Assembly: GCF_009914755.1 (NCBI RefSeq)
Contig: NC_060929.1
DNA: 64,000 bases
Direction: 5' to 3' (one strand)
Source of the DNA: the human T2T-CHM13v2.0 reference genome, Homo sapiens
Below, piece by piece: positions 16,184 through 30,496 of the stretch. Positions within the stretch are counted from its first letter, which is position 1, and each line of letters starts with the position of its first letter. The position numbers were made by a program, and so were the translations under genes. A model generated the notes under the pieces. That model was given only the letters and a program-made list of their open reading frames with translations, ran no database searches and was not told the origin of the DNA.

Positions 16184-17988
16184 AAACATTTCTTTAGTTG
16201 TTTGAAAGTCATCTGACTATATCTGTGAAATTATGTTTATTTAGAAAACATAGCCTTTAATTACAAATTCTGTTATTGTGTAAATGATGTGCAAATCTCC
16301 ATCTTTTCATGAGGTGGCTAATTATTAAAATGGCCAAAGAGTTGCTTCTAAAACACCAATAGCATGAATTTTTTTTTTAAACTGACTTTTGGGGTTTATA
16401 AGCCTAGACACAACAAGAATGAAGAGGATTAAGCCTTTGTCTGTCTAGAGTTAGTGAGGATTGGGTTCTGATTCTCACGTGGCCTTGATGTATACAAATA
16501 GGAAAGAAAGGAATACTGGTAAGGAACTCAAAATTGCATTATTTTTCAAATCAGTAGTAGGGTGAGACTAGGTAGTGCATTGTTGTAGAAAAATAAAATG
16601 TTTTTGCTGATATGTATCTGTGACTAAAGGGAAGTTAGAACTTAAGTAATTATCTGGGATTTAATAATATAATGGTATTTTAATAACTATCTGGGGCTGG
16701 TATTTATGATGTTTATAATATATTGAACAGTTTTAGAAGCACTTTTTAAGAATCTGTTCATCTGTGATGTAAACAGATGGTATAAACCATTCAGTTTTCA
16801 TCCTCTCAAACTTGTTCATATTGAGTAGGAAATATTACAGATATATTTTATTAGCAGTTCTCATGCAAGACAAATTCTAGGTCAGTTCTCAGTTCTCGGG
16901 GTACCCTAAAGTTTGGTCTGATCTCTTATCACCTTTGCACATAGTAAAAATTCTTCTGGTTCTTAGATATTTCTGGTATTTATGTTCCATCTACTTTTGT
17001 CTATTGAACTTTCTTATAGTTTCTTGAAAAGGTGTTATGCTTACATTCTTGTTTTAGCAGATGGGATATTGTTTGTTTTATATGTGATTTTGTTTTCTTT
17101 TGTGAAATGAAAATAATTTTCATCCAATCTTAATTTTAGATCTTAGAGACATCATAGGCAAACGTAGTCAAATGCATGTGGGCATGCGTGCATGCGGATT
17201 TGGAAAACTATAATAAGAAGTTAATTAGTAAACTAAGTTAAGATCAGTGAATTAGTGGCAGAGCCTTTTGCATTTTAAGACCAGTTTTCTTTCTAGTATA
17301 TTTCAGTAAATTTTATCCAAATAGAAATGAACACCCATGTTGGATATAAAGTTGAATTGTGAGACTATGCAGATACAGCACTAGGTGATAAGTTACAGTG
17401 AAACAAGCAGTGTTTCAGTATTTCAGAAAGCGTTTCTTGCTACCAAGTGTTAATTATTATCTGCCATTTTTACAGACTTAGTTCAAATGCTTTCATATAT
17501 ATTAACTTAATGAGAAACATGTCTATCATTTTAATTTATTCGTTTCCCCCCCTTATTCCCCATCACTGTTTGTTTTGTTTTGGTTTTGGTTTTATTTGTT
17601 CTTGCAGTGTCTACCTGGGTAACAGTTGGGTGATGTCTTCATTGGGATCTTAACATGAACAAATACTTATGCATGTACCTGTTATGTACTTATGCATATA
17701 TTCAAAAGTCATTAAGATACTGGTGATAGTGTTAGCTGTCTGTGGATCATTTGGGATAAGTAAACAGAATCTCCTCTACATTAAGCAAAAAAAGATATTA
17801 CTCAATGCCATTTTTTTGGCCTACCTTATGACAGATAAAATTTTTAAGAAACCTAAGGCAAATGTGCTTTCAGGAGTACTTAGCTATAGGAAGTGATCAT
17901 ATTTTTAAGAACTCCAAGGTTCTTAAAAACCAAACAAGTTTTTCCCCTTTTCATGTGAGGGCTGGTTCTCTATTAGAGTTGGTCAGAA

Positions 17989-18287
17989 AGGCTGGGCGCG
18001 GTGGTGGCTCACGCCTGTAATCCCAGCACTTTGGGAGGCTGAGGTGGGTGGATCACGACGTCAGGAGATAAAGACCATCCTGGCTAACACAGTGAAACCC
18101 CGTCTCTACTAAAAATAAAAAAAAATTAGCTGGGTGTGGTGGCACGCACCTGTAGTCCCAGCTACTCGGGAGGCACTGAGGCAGAATTGCTTGAACCTGG
18201 GAGGCGGAGGTTGCAGTGAGCCGAGATCACGCCACTGCACTCCTGCCTGGGTGACAGAGTGAAACTCTGTCTCAAAAAAAAAAAAAA
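17989..18287 (+). mobile_element. Alu
   Basis: Full-length Alu with A tail. Confidence 0.92.
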
Positions 18288-18289
18288 TG

Positions 18290-18490
18290 TCAGACAGATC
18301 CGGATTTGAATTCCAGAGCTGGTACTTATTTATTTACTGTTTGACCTTGGGCAGATTAATTGAATCCCTGCAAATGAGAATAATGACACCTGTCTCATAG
18401 GATTCAAGATAGGTAGTGAATTAAAATATATTAAGATAATTTATGTAAAGTGCTTAGCAGAGTGCATGGCATAAGTGAATGCTCTTATTA
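18290..18490. mobile_element. MIR SINE
   Basis: Motifs tgaccttgggca, aaatgagaataatg, tgtaaagtgcttagca. Confidence 0.7.
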
Positions 18491-19189
18491 TGGATGTTGA
18501 GTTGATAAATTGCAATTTGCTCTCATTTTAAGTAATGGGCTTTTAAAATTTTGCTTTTATCCCCATTGGTTATATTCAAGTACATTTCTTTTTGAAATGA
18601 ACATGACCATCAAACCTTAAAGAGCTGGTCTCTTACCAGCAATATTTTGTTCTCATTTGATTTGACGTTAGTTACCACAAAGAGAGATATAGTTATCTCA
18701 ACATAAGAGAGGATGTTGGACTGGGTTTATATGTATATTTTCTTCTTTCCTGAAACCCTACTTCACAAGACATTAAAGGAGTTTAAATAACAAAAAGATA
18801 AAACCTACAAAGAAAAAGAGAGTGAAGAGGAGAGAGAACCGTGGATCAGATATAATAAAAAAATAGATGGGATGGTAGAGTGGGAACCTATTTAGCTGAG
18901 TGAGCCACTGCCTAACTGCGTACAGAGGGGGATACTGATAAGCAAGCCAGCCAGCCAGCATTCTTCACCTGCCTTCATCTTAGAATGCCTGCAGCTAGAT
19001 TCGAACTCTTCTGTCTGGACTTCAGCAGGTCCTTTTCTAGAGAGCCTACTGCCATCACAGAAGGGACCTGCTGATAACCTGCAATTGTGGTTTCCCCAAG
19101 CAAAAAGTGAGCTCACCATCTGATCACTGTTCATTGAATTTACAGTTGAACATGACCCGTGCACACTAAGCCTCGTTTGGATGGCCTGT

Positions 19190-19765
19190 GTTCATTAGAC
19201 AACAGAAAAGCTAAAAGGAATGAACTGAATAAAAGAACTCGGAAGAAATAGATGATACAGGCAATAGGAAAGAACTAAAAAACAAAACAGAAAACATGAA
19301 TAGGTCTCAGATGATAAGACACTGGATTCACTAAACAAGAACAACATGCCTACAAAGGAAGCGAGAGAGAGAAGGAACAAATCGATAACAAGAAACGATG
19401 CTTGGAAATAATATGATAGCTGAAATAAAGTAGTGCATGAGAAGGCTGGAAGATGTAGTTCATTCTTCCAGCAAGTAAAAGAAAAATATAAAGAAATGTA
19501 AAGTAGAAGGGAAAATTAAGAAAGTTAGATGATCAACCCAGGAAGTACAAAATCTGCCTAAAGTTACAAAAAAGAGGACAAAAGGCATTGGAGGATAATA
19601 AATTATCAAAGTAATACTACAGGAAAATTTCCCTAGTAAATTATCAAAGTAATACTAGGGGAAAATTTCCCTGAACTACAAAACAAAACAAAACAAAAAA
19701 CAGTAGTCTCTTGGTTGAATGAAAAAGAACCCATACTACTGAGTGAAATTTCAGACTATCTGGAC
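19190..19765 (+). mobile_element. Ancient L1M ORF1-region fragment
   Basis: A-rich sense strand with ORF1-type motifs (aatatgatagctgaaataaa, gaaaatttccctgaact, gtgaaatttcag). Confidence 0.55.
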
Positions 19766-19857
19766 AAGTCACTTAGCTATTTAATCGGTTATACCACGAG
19801 ATACTTATGGAGGGTATTAGAACAATTAATGATAGTTTCATTAAAAGGTAAGCAAAC

Positions 19858-20161
<304 letters not shown>

Positions 20162-21517
20162 CTAAGCAAGCCAGAAGCAATTCCAGTGCAAAGTGTGGTG
20201 TAAGAAAAATTAATTATAGTACAGTACTTGGCTCAATTGTAAACACTCTTCACATAGAGTTAATATAAACACTTGATTTTTGTATTTCAATTTTATATAG
20301 TAAATGTTTGGGGGGAATTATATGACTTGCTTTGAAACACAGTTGTTCACACAGTGATGTGAAGGAAACAACAGTGGACAAGGAAGACTCCCAGATCTGA
20401 TTTTAGTTAGCTGTGGGACTTTGGCAAGTAATATCTTCCTAGGTACATTGTACATTGTATACATACAGTGTATAGAAACAATCCCAGATGGACCCATAGT
20501 GACAGAAATTTCTAGTGAAAAGTTTTTAACACCAATGATATTAACAATATCATTAATACTTGAAAGCTAGTTCAGATTAGTTTCTCCCCTCCTTTTTTTT
20601 TTTTTTTTTAACCTATTTTGTGCTTCAGTTTTCATACTTGGAATATGTGACTTAAACCAGATACTAATTTTAAATAGAAGGAGAAAAAAACTGTTTTCAC
20701 TTCAGGTTTCTCACTGAGAGATGAGAACAACTAGTTCCTTCAATTTTGCTTTTAGCAATTTGGCCCTTGAAAAGGTCACTATAGATTTGCTTAGAGATTC
20801 TTTTTAAAAACATTTGGGGGTCTCCTGCAAACTTCTCATCTGTCAAAAGCTGCAAAATACATACTGAGTAGGAAAAGGTTAGTTACCTACTAAACCCTAA
20901 AGGACAGATACCGACAGCACCACACTTAAGATTGAATTGTAAATGCATTACCAGCAACTCACCTATTTATTTATGAATATTTCCAACACAAAATATCTTT
21001 CCTTTCTGTACTTTGACTTAGATAATTCTCTGCTTATAATACTAGCTGGTTTTGGTTTCTCTGTGGTGATCTATGGTGTGACTCTCATCTCCTCTGGAGA
21101 GAGCTCCTTATATAAGCTCTGTCACCTGAGGGCCACTGCTGGCATTCCAGTGAGTGAGCTAAGCTCTAGAAGCCAGACAAGTAGAATTATTTTTCCCACC
21201 GTAGAAGATACAGTACAAGTTCATGTATAGAAGAAGTTTATTATTTTCTCAAGTTTTGACCTAAGTATGAGAATTTGGAATCCAAAGTAGGCTATTCAGT
21301 TATTGAAGAGCAGATATTTTTCCAGTCTCTGCAGTATCTAAAACCTTGTTTCTCTTTCATTTGTCCCTTAACATATTAGAGATTTTTTTGTCATATTCTT
21401 AGAAACTAGACTTCCACAGGCAGTTTTATCAACTCAGATTACCACCCATGGGAAGGCTGAATTCAGCTTCTTTAACATGAATATCCAGGACCTGGACACT
21501 GTTAAGACTCCCATCTT

Positions 21518-21937
<420 letters not shown>

Positions 21938-22057
21938 CTATAGAAGGTACTAGCAAATGAGTTCATGGCTTTAAAGTTCTTGGAACTGTGCCTGGTATCT
22001 TATAAGTACTCTTTATTACCCACTTTTACTTTTTAAATATTCAGCTGTTAATCTTTA

Positions 22058-23048
22058 TTTTTTAATTTACCTTTGAGGTTCAGGGGGTACATGTGTAGGT
22101 TTATTATATAGGTAAACTGAGTCACAGATTACCTGCTGTACAGATAATTTCATCACCCAGGTAATAGGCATAGTAACCATTAGGTCGTTTTTTGATCCTC
22201 TCCCTCCTCCCACCCTCTACTCTCAGATGGGTCCTGGTATCTGTTGTTGCCTTCTTTGTGACCATGTGTACTCAATGTAGCTCCCACTTACAAGTGAGAA
22301 CATGTGGTATTATGTTCCTGTGTTAGTCTGCTTAGGATGATGGCCTCCAGCTCCATCCATGTTGCTCCAAAGGACATGGTCTAGTTCTTTTTTATGGTTG
22401 TGTGGTATTCCATGGTGTATATGTACCACGTTTTCTTTATCCAGTCTACCACTGATGGGCATTTAGGTTGATGCCATGACTTTGCGATTGTGAATAGTGC
22501 TGTGATGAACATATGTGTACATGTGTCTTTATGGTAGAATGATTTATATTACTTTGGGTATATACTCAGTAAGGGGGTCCTGGGTCAAATGATACTTCTG
22601 TTTTTCACTTCTTTGAGAAATTGCCATACTGCTTTCCACAATGGCTAAACTAATTTACATTCCCACCAGCAGTATATAAGTGTTCCCTTTTCTCTGCAGC
22701 CTCACCAGCATCTATTATTATTTGACTATATGTAATTTTTTTTTTTTTTTTTGAGACAGAGTCTCTCTCTGTTGCCCAGGCTGGAGTGATGTGATCTTGA
22801 CTCACTGCAACGTCTGCCTCCCGGGTTCAAACGATTATTGTGTCTCAGCCTCTCGAGTAGTTGGGACTACAGGGGTGTGCCACCACACCTGGCTAATTTT
22901 TTGTATTTTTGTAGAGATGGTGTTTCGCCATGTTGCCCAGGCTGGTCTCGAACTCCTGAGCTCAGGCAGTCCGCCCGCCTCAGCCTCCCAAAGTGCTAGG
23001 CTTACAGGCGTGAGCCACCACGCCTGGCCTGACTTTTTAATAATAGTC
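22058..23048 (-). mobile_element. 5'-truncated L1PA15/16-like 3' end with a nested Alu (22736-23028, -)
   Basis: Primate L1 3'UTR motifs. Direct repeat ATTCAGCTGTTAATCTTTA at 22039-22057 and 23049-23067. Confidence 0.85.
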
Positions 23049-23071
23049 ATTCAGCTGTTAATCTTTAGAGC

Positions 23072-23250
23072 CAGTGTTTTCTATTAACCATTAAGCCATC
23101 AATATCACTTGGAATCTTGTTAGATATGCAAATTGAAGCTCCACTCCAAACTTGCTCAATCTGAAAATCTTCTGTGACTAGAGCTCAGAAACCTGTATTT
23201 TAACAAACCTTCCAGGGATTCTGATGTACACTGTAGCTTGAGAACCACTG
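23072..23250. mobile_element. MER5A-like hAT-Charlie MITE
   Basis: CAGTG...TTGAGAACCACTG ends. Internal ctgtattttaacaaaccttccagggattctgatg. Confidence 0.7.
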
Positions 23251-24062
23251 CTTTACAGGTTCTACCCAATATAAAAACTAAAACAGTGTTACCAGTTAAA
23301 ACCTCTCTAGAGCACACAGCATTTCTATGAAAGAGAGAAAATTAAATCAGCAGATAAGTATTTTTTATGCAGAAATGTAGACTTCATTAGAATTGGCATT
23401 ACATTGTTTACATCTTCCAAATATAATAGGTTCTTGAGAAATATTTGGCGATAATATTAGATAAGACAAACAATTTTTAGAGAACTGAGCTGACATTGTT
23501 TCTTTAAAAAAGCCTTTTATTCATTCAACAGTCATTTATTGTCTACTGTGTGTCAGGCACAGCTACTGTTACAGAACTCTTAGTAGTGTAGGAAAATCAA
23601 ACTGTAAGCAAGTAAGTTACAATACAATGTTTTAAGTACTATAATTGAATATGAGCCATGTGCTGTGAATGTTCAGAACAGGAAATATCCAACAGCCTCA
23701 ACTCGGAATGTTTATGTTTGAGCTGGGTCTCAAAGAATGAGTAGGGAGAGACTTGGGGCAAGGGTGTTTCATATAGTTTGTTGACATTACTACCATAAAA
23801 GGTATTTTCATTTTTTGTGTCAATGAATATCCACTAGGAAGATCATTTTCATCAAAAAATGTCAAATCCATTTTTTATATTATTACAACTTTTGTTAGCC
23901 TTTTTTTCCATACTGTGAACTAGATTGATTAACTTGGAAGCAGCTCACGCACCCAGGGAATCACTGTCACTGGCATCATAGAAAAAAAATACCCACTTGT
24001 TTTAGAAATGCCTGGTTCCTAATTACACTGTCAATATTTCAAAAAACTAATGTAGCTTATTT

Positions 24063-24595
24063 CAGAGGTTCCCAAACTTCTCTTAACGGTTCTGTAATTT
24101 TTTTCATGGTGCCTCTAGGCCAAGAGAAATACCGTACAGACTTGTTTATTAACTAATTTGGTACAAACAACTTAGTAAAGATTTATGTCCCAACAACTTA
24201 TTTGCCTTTAAAAAATAAGATATAAATTGAAAAATATTTTTATTTAATTCTTAAATAACCAGTTACATACTTATGGTGTGTTTGTGCCTGTTGGGATTAT
24301 ACAACTTCTCAAACTGTGGAATCAGACTGAACACCACCACCTTCTTTTCTAGTTCCATACTGACTTTTGCATAGTGCTTGGGTTTTTTTCACAGTAACCA
24401 CTGAAAACTCAGCTTCACAAAGATATGCTGTTAAAAAGAATGTATGTTCTAATGTTGAAGTTACAAATTATCTGAAGCTGGTAGTTCACTCAGTGTCAAA
24501 CACACATTGAGCCTCACTGTGTTTCCCTCAAATAGAAAACCCTGGCACCCCTGGGTTTTGCTGGGATGCCCCAAGACACAATTTGGAAATAGTGG
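24063..24595. mobile_element. hAT-Charlie element (MER119-like)
   Basis: CAGAGGTTCCCAAAC ... TTTGGAAATAGTGG ends. 8-bp TSD GCTTATTT/GCTTGTTA. Minus strand retains a hAT dimerisation remnant YLCEAEFS (24402-24427). Confidence 0.7.
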
Positions 24596-25477
24596 GCTTG
24601 TTAGATTTAATTCATAGATTTAGGGATTTAGTTACACAACTCAACTGACTTTCTCTAGGTCATAAAGTTGAGTCAGCATAGCTTTCAACCTTTCATTTAC
24701 TTTGGCCACATTTGCATAAATGATTGCTATTTTATACCCTGAAAGTTCCAGCTTTTTTCACTGTCCCAGATGGCAAGTATTTTCATTTTCTTTATTCACT
24801 CTGTATCTGCTTCTAGAACTACCTCAGGCTGTACCATCTTTTACTCTTACTGTAGGCCTTCTGCTAACCTGATGGGACCTGGCCTTCATTTGCTTCTCAG
24901 TGACATGTGTTTGCACACTAAGCTGCCCAGAGAATAGTCTTTGGGAAAGTTTTAACTTTTAAGTGATGATGTAATTACTGTTTTCTAGAAGCTACAGTTG
25001 ATCCATATGCCAGAAATGTGAGGGAGGTAGATATAGTATGGTTATATACATATTGTTTAGATAAGGATGCAAATAAGGTTCTCACAGTAGCAAATCCTTT
25101 GAAATTAACCTGCTTCTCGCCTCCTTGGATATACTCCAAATTGTTTAGTTCATTATCTTTAATAATTATGATGTAATTATGTAAAAAGTTATGGGAAGAG
25201 ACATTTTGCCTAATGTCCCCTCCACACTAACATAGCAGTTCATTTGGGTCTCTAGTCCTTCACCTTATGCAGAATAAAAGTTAATATTTTAAGGATGCAA
25301 GGATTATTCAGATGGTTGACGGTCTTAACAAAGTTTCCTATAAAGAATTTGTTTCCAGGAAACACGGTGACTCTGCTAACGACAACTGTTAATACGTATC
25401 AGAGCAGAGTGCACCATTTCCTGTTTTTCTTTGCGGAGGTCTGACTCTGGAATTCCCCTTGTTTGCCCATGACTATT

Positions 25478-26007
25478 CTTTTTTTTTCTTTTGAAACAGA
25501 GTCTCACTCTGGCACCCAGGCTGGAGTGCAGTGGTGTGATCTCGGCTCACTGCAACCTCTCCCCGCCAACCCCCCACCCCAGGTTCAAGTGATTCTTCTG
25601 CCTCAGCCTCTCAAGTAGCTGGGATTACAGGTGCCTGCCACCATGCCCAGCTAATTTTTTTTTCTTAAAGAAAATATTTAATTTTCCATAGTTATTGGGG
25701 CTACAGGTGGTGTTTGGTTACATGAGTAAGTTCTTTAGTGGTGATTTGTGGATTTTGGTGTACTCATCACCCGAGCAGTGTACACTGCACCATATTTGTA
25801 GTCTTTTATAAAACCCTTGCCCCCCTCCCACTCTTCCAGAGCCCCAAGTCCATTTGATCATTCTTATGGCCTAATTTTTGTATTTTTAGTGGAGACAGGG
25901 TTTCGCCATGTTGGCCAGGCTGGTCTTGAACTCCTGACCTCAAGTGATCCACCTGCCTCAGCCTCCTGAAGTGCTGGGATTATAGGCATGAGTCACCATG
26001 CCCAGCC
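25478..26007 (-). mobile_element. AluS-like element split by an L1PB1-like 3' fragment (25660-25870)
   Basis: Alu TSD CCC(A/G)TGACTATT (25466-25477 / 26009-26020). Inner direct repeat CTAATTTTT (25651-25659 / 25871-25879). Confidence 0.85.
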
Positions 26008-26807
26008 ACCCGTGACTATTATACAGTACCCCAAACAAGTGTGCCATTCTTTAAATGTCCACATTGTGCCTTAAAATACTGCATTTTTATAGTTTAGAAT
26101 ATTTATTTATATTTAAATCCAGGTTTTTGATAGAGTGTTGTAGGAAAGAGTGTAAAGAACACTTCCACCTGTGTCTAGATCCACCTTTCCTGCCTTCTCA
26201 GGAACCTTGTAAGGTTGACAATCCATTTTCTTTTTCCTTCTTTTTCTGTACCTCTTTTACTGGATCTTTCCCATTAGAAATTGAGCATAATGAATTCTCT
26301 GCCATCTTACAGGGGAAAAATTCAATCTGTTCTCATCTCCTTTTCTCCTTTCAGCCACTGACCTGTCTTCTTCCTGTCCAGAAGGCCAGACTTTTCTCCA
26401 GAGTTGTCTCTGTTCTCTTTCTCCATTTTCCACTTCTTAGACCCACCTCAGTCCCCTGCAGCGTGTCTTCTCCTCCTATTACTCCACTGACATAGCACTC
26501 ACTAAGGTGCCCATTGACTTGATATTGCTGAATCCATTGCACGTATTTGTCTTTAATTGACCTCTCACCACCTTTCAGCTCTGCTCCCTCTTGACACTTG
26601 TACACACTGCTGATTTTCCTACTGACTTTCAGGCTGTTTCTTTTTGGCCTTCTTTGATGGCTTCTTCTCTGCCCAACCACAGAAATTTAGTTTGTCTAGG
26701 AAATCTCATTAACTTGGCTTTGTTAATGCTGGTGATTCTCAGTCTCTTATCTCCAGTTTGGATTCTCTCAGAACCCAGTGAATTGCACACTCTCTGCTGA
26801 AATCTGA

Positions 26808-27193
<386 letters not shown>

Positions 27194-29215
27194 TGATTTT
27201 ATCCACTGACTACTTCTTGAATCTATCCACTTCTATCTGTGTTATTAGTTGAATCCACATAATCCCTTTTCACCAACATTAATAACTTATTTTGACCTCT
27301 TCTAACATGTTTTCCACCTATAGCTATTGTGGAATAGTCTTCTCAAGCTATTTAATCATGTTATTCCTCTGCTTTAAAACACTTTCAATTATTTCCCATT
27401 GTTCTTGGGAGGATCACACACTTCAGTCCTTTACAAACTCTATGTGATCTGGTTCTTGCTTATCTTACTATTTTCATCTTAGGTGTTTACCTTTACTATG
27501 CTCGCACAACACAGTTGCTCCTTTCAGTTTCTGGACAGCTGAGTTCCCTCAGCCTTGGGGAGCGAAGGACTGAAAGCTTCTTTCATATCTCACAAACTGT
27601 TAGATTAGATGCCATGAAGAAACCTTCCAATACTAAGGTGTGACTCCCAGCTCAGTATAGTTCAAGCTGAAAAATACTCACTATTATTTTCACATTCATA
27701 TATATTAGTTATCTAATAACACAGTATGATAGAAGTAAGCTGAAGTCTTCCCATCCTTTGCTTTTCAGTGTCAGAGTAGCTTCTTGGGAACTAGTTTTGT
27801 TATCAGCTTTTGAATATTCTCAGTAATCATGTTTGCTGAATTATTGTTTGTGAGTATGTGTTAATACCCTTCTTTCACAAGCATATCTATTCATTCTTTT
27901 TGGGTGAGATGGGTGGTGGCCTGAGCACACTATGGTTTCTGTTCTCCCCCAACACAGTCCTGCAGTAACTCAACAGAATAAATCACTTAATATGGAGGTA
28001 TAGACCAAGTGGAGCCTTTTGGCAAGCTCTAAACACACCCTTCTGGAGGAAATGATGCAGAATGAGAACTGTTAGGAGTTGCTTCTGCAGGTTCACAGGA
28101 CAAGGGTTGATCAAGACTCCTCCTAGTGGTCTGGAAGTAGGTACCAGGAAGTATTCTCTGGTACCACCTCCTCCCCTGCTTGAGAGAGCCAAGTGGCTCT
28201 CTCTGCATATCAGAAGCAGTTATCTTGACATGTTTACTGCAAACGCCTGGGGAAGAGTCTGGTGTCCTGCAGATGCCACTGTCCTGTGGAACTGTGACAA
28301 GAACCTAGAAGCTTCCCTCTCTACCTGTCAGTTAAGTGGCTCACTGGGGAAGAAATCCCAATAATTTGTCCTGCCCACATGCTGAGAAAATTCGTATCCT
28401 GTGATGGTAAAGATTACATTTCTGGACCTGCCCAAATAGCTTCCTAATAAGGAAATTTAGTGGAAATGTAATAATATATTATTAAGAAGAGAAAAAGGCA
28501 CAAAACTGTTAACATCTTTTTTCCCTACTTTATTCCTAAAAAAGATAAGTTAGCATTGTTTAAGGCTAATTCATAGAATTATGCTTTATCATTCCAAACA
28601 AAAATAGTATGAAGAGAAGTATGTTGAATGGGGTGGTTGGAAATAGACAAACTGAGTCTGTGAAAAAGATGGGGAACAGAGGAAAAGACCAGTGCATTGC
28701 TGGCATGCAGCACTCCAGATCAAAGGATGGTTGTGGGTGTCAAGTCTGCCATTAGGGGCAGGGAGTCTTTGTATGAGGCACCTCTAAGATCATCAGAGGG
28801 AGCAGTATGCGAGAAAAAGATAGCAGGAAACCAGTGCATTGTGCTAGGAAATAGAAAAATTAAAACACATAGACAAAAGCCTCTTTTGACTTTATGATAC
28901 CATTTTAACCTGCAAGTTTTATGATTCTGTGGAACAGGGCCCCAAAAGACAGACAGTTTCTTACCAACTTTCAAAAAAAGGCTTGAAGTAAAACTAAAGT
29001 TGTTCAAATAAAGAAATGAGAGTTCTTTGTTCCCTAGTGTTATAGACTTATAATTTATATAGTTAAGTGTTTTTAGGGAAAAGAGTGAAAAACTATAATA
29101 ATACAACTTTTTCAGAGATTAAAAAATGTTGCAATGACATGTCATAACAGCCTCTGAAAAATAACCATAATGGAAAAAATGAAATTATGTGGCTACTACT
29201 GAAAAAATCTAGAGC

Positions 29216-29425
29216 TGGGGTCAGCAGACTACTACTTTTACAGGCTAAATCTAGCCTGTCACCTGTTTTTGTAAATAAATTTTTACCATAACACAGCTAT
29301 ACTCATTTAATTTCATGTGCTCTGCAGCTGCTTTCATGCTACAATAGCAGAGTTGAGTCAAAGCTACAGTGGAGATTGTATTTGGCCTGCAAGGTTATAA
29401 TATTTACTATCTAGCTTGGACCTCT
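29216..29425. mobile_element. MER58A-like hAT MITE inside an old L1M ORF1 fragment
   Basis: Motifs ggggtcagcagact, cctgtttttgtaaataaa, gcagagttgagt, aatatttactatct. Confidence 0.7.
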
Positions 29426-30361
29426 GAAGAGGATAAAGCAGAGTTACTTTTCAATGCAGTGAAATTATAAAGAGAAATAAAGGATGAAAATATAAGAAAC
29501 TTGGAAGATTATAGACACACACATGTTCAAATGTCCACATAGGCAGGAACTCCAGAAATAGCAAAATGAACACATGGAGCAATTATCAAGGAACTAACAG
29601 AATAAAACTTTTCTAAGATACAGAAAACCTGTGTTCAGATAACCGTGTGCCACGCAGAATTACTGGAAGGAAAACCCAACAAACTTGGAGATGGTCTAAT
29701 GTCATTGCTGAATTCTAAGGATGAATAACATAAATATTTCAAAGGAAAAGCGTCAGGGTTTTTTGTGGTTGTTGTTTCTATCTATGACAATATAAACGAG
29801 AGGACAGTAAAACAATGTATATGGACTTCTAAAATATATGCATGGGCTCGCCACTTTTGTGGTTTTGTAGAAAGTCATGTTTTCACCCTGAGGAGCTGTC
29901 ATATGGGACTCTCGTGATAAAATTTTAGGGTTTATCAGGATCATGCCAGCGTTTCAGTAGATAAGGACATAAAAGTGTTATGTTCAAAGGCAGCTAATCC
30001 AGCAAGTTTGTAACTCTGCTTGGTTTTGAGGGAAGCTGCAATTTCAGGAGAAGTATACTATTGACAGTAAACTGGGATAAGCAGAGCCCCATAGTAGGAC
30101 ACTAACCCAACGTGGCCAGTGGTCTCTCCCAATAACATTATCATATCTAAGGGATCATGGAAAACAGGACAGATCTAAGATAATCTTCATATCTGGAAAA
30201 CTCTTAGATAATCAGTGAAACACAGCAGTACAGTCAGGAAATATCTCTAAGGGGTAGATGAGCATATTGGTCAGAACAGGGACACCAGCTGGTGGCTAAA
30301 GTTACTGGAAAATGGGGCTCAGCACCCCATGAGAAGTGCTTTTCAAAAATTAGGAAGAGTC

Positions 30362-30496
30362 AGCCAGGCGTAGTGGTGCGTGCCTGTAATCCCAGCTACT
30401 TGGGAGCTGAGGTGCGAGGATTGCTTGAGCCCAGTTAAAAGACCAGCCTGGGTAACATAGCAAGACTCCATCTCAAAAAAAAAAAAAAAAAAAAAA
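30362..30496 (+). mobile_element. Alu monomer (FLAM/FAM-like)
   Basis: Monomer plus A tail. TSD aaaaatta(g/a)gaagagt. Confidence 0.85.

Noticed and set aside
26055-26680. 146-aa (+) and 109-aa (-) ORFs
   Set aside because: They overlap pyrimidine-rich L2-like sequence, have biased composition and show no recognisable domain.
28133-28171. Imperfect hairpin GGTACCAG...CTGGTACC
   Set aside because: The 8-bp core stem is too short for a pre-miRNA and likely arises by chance.
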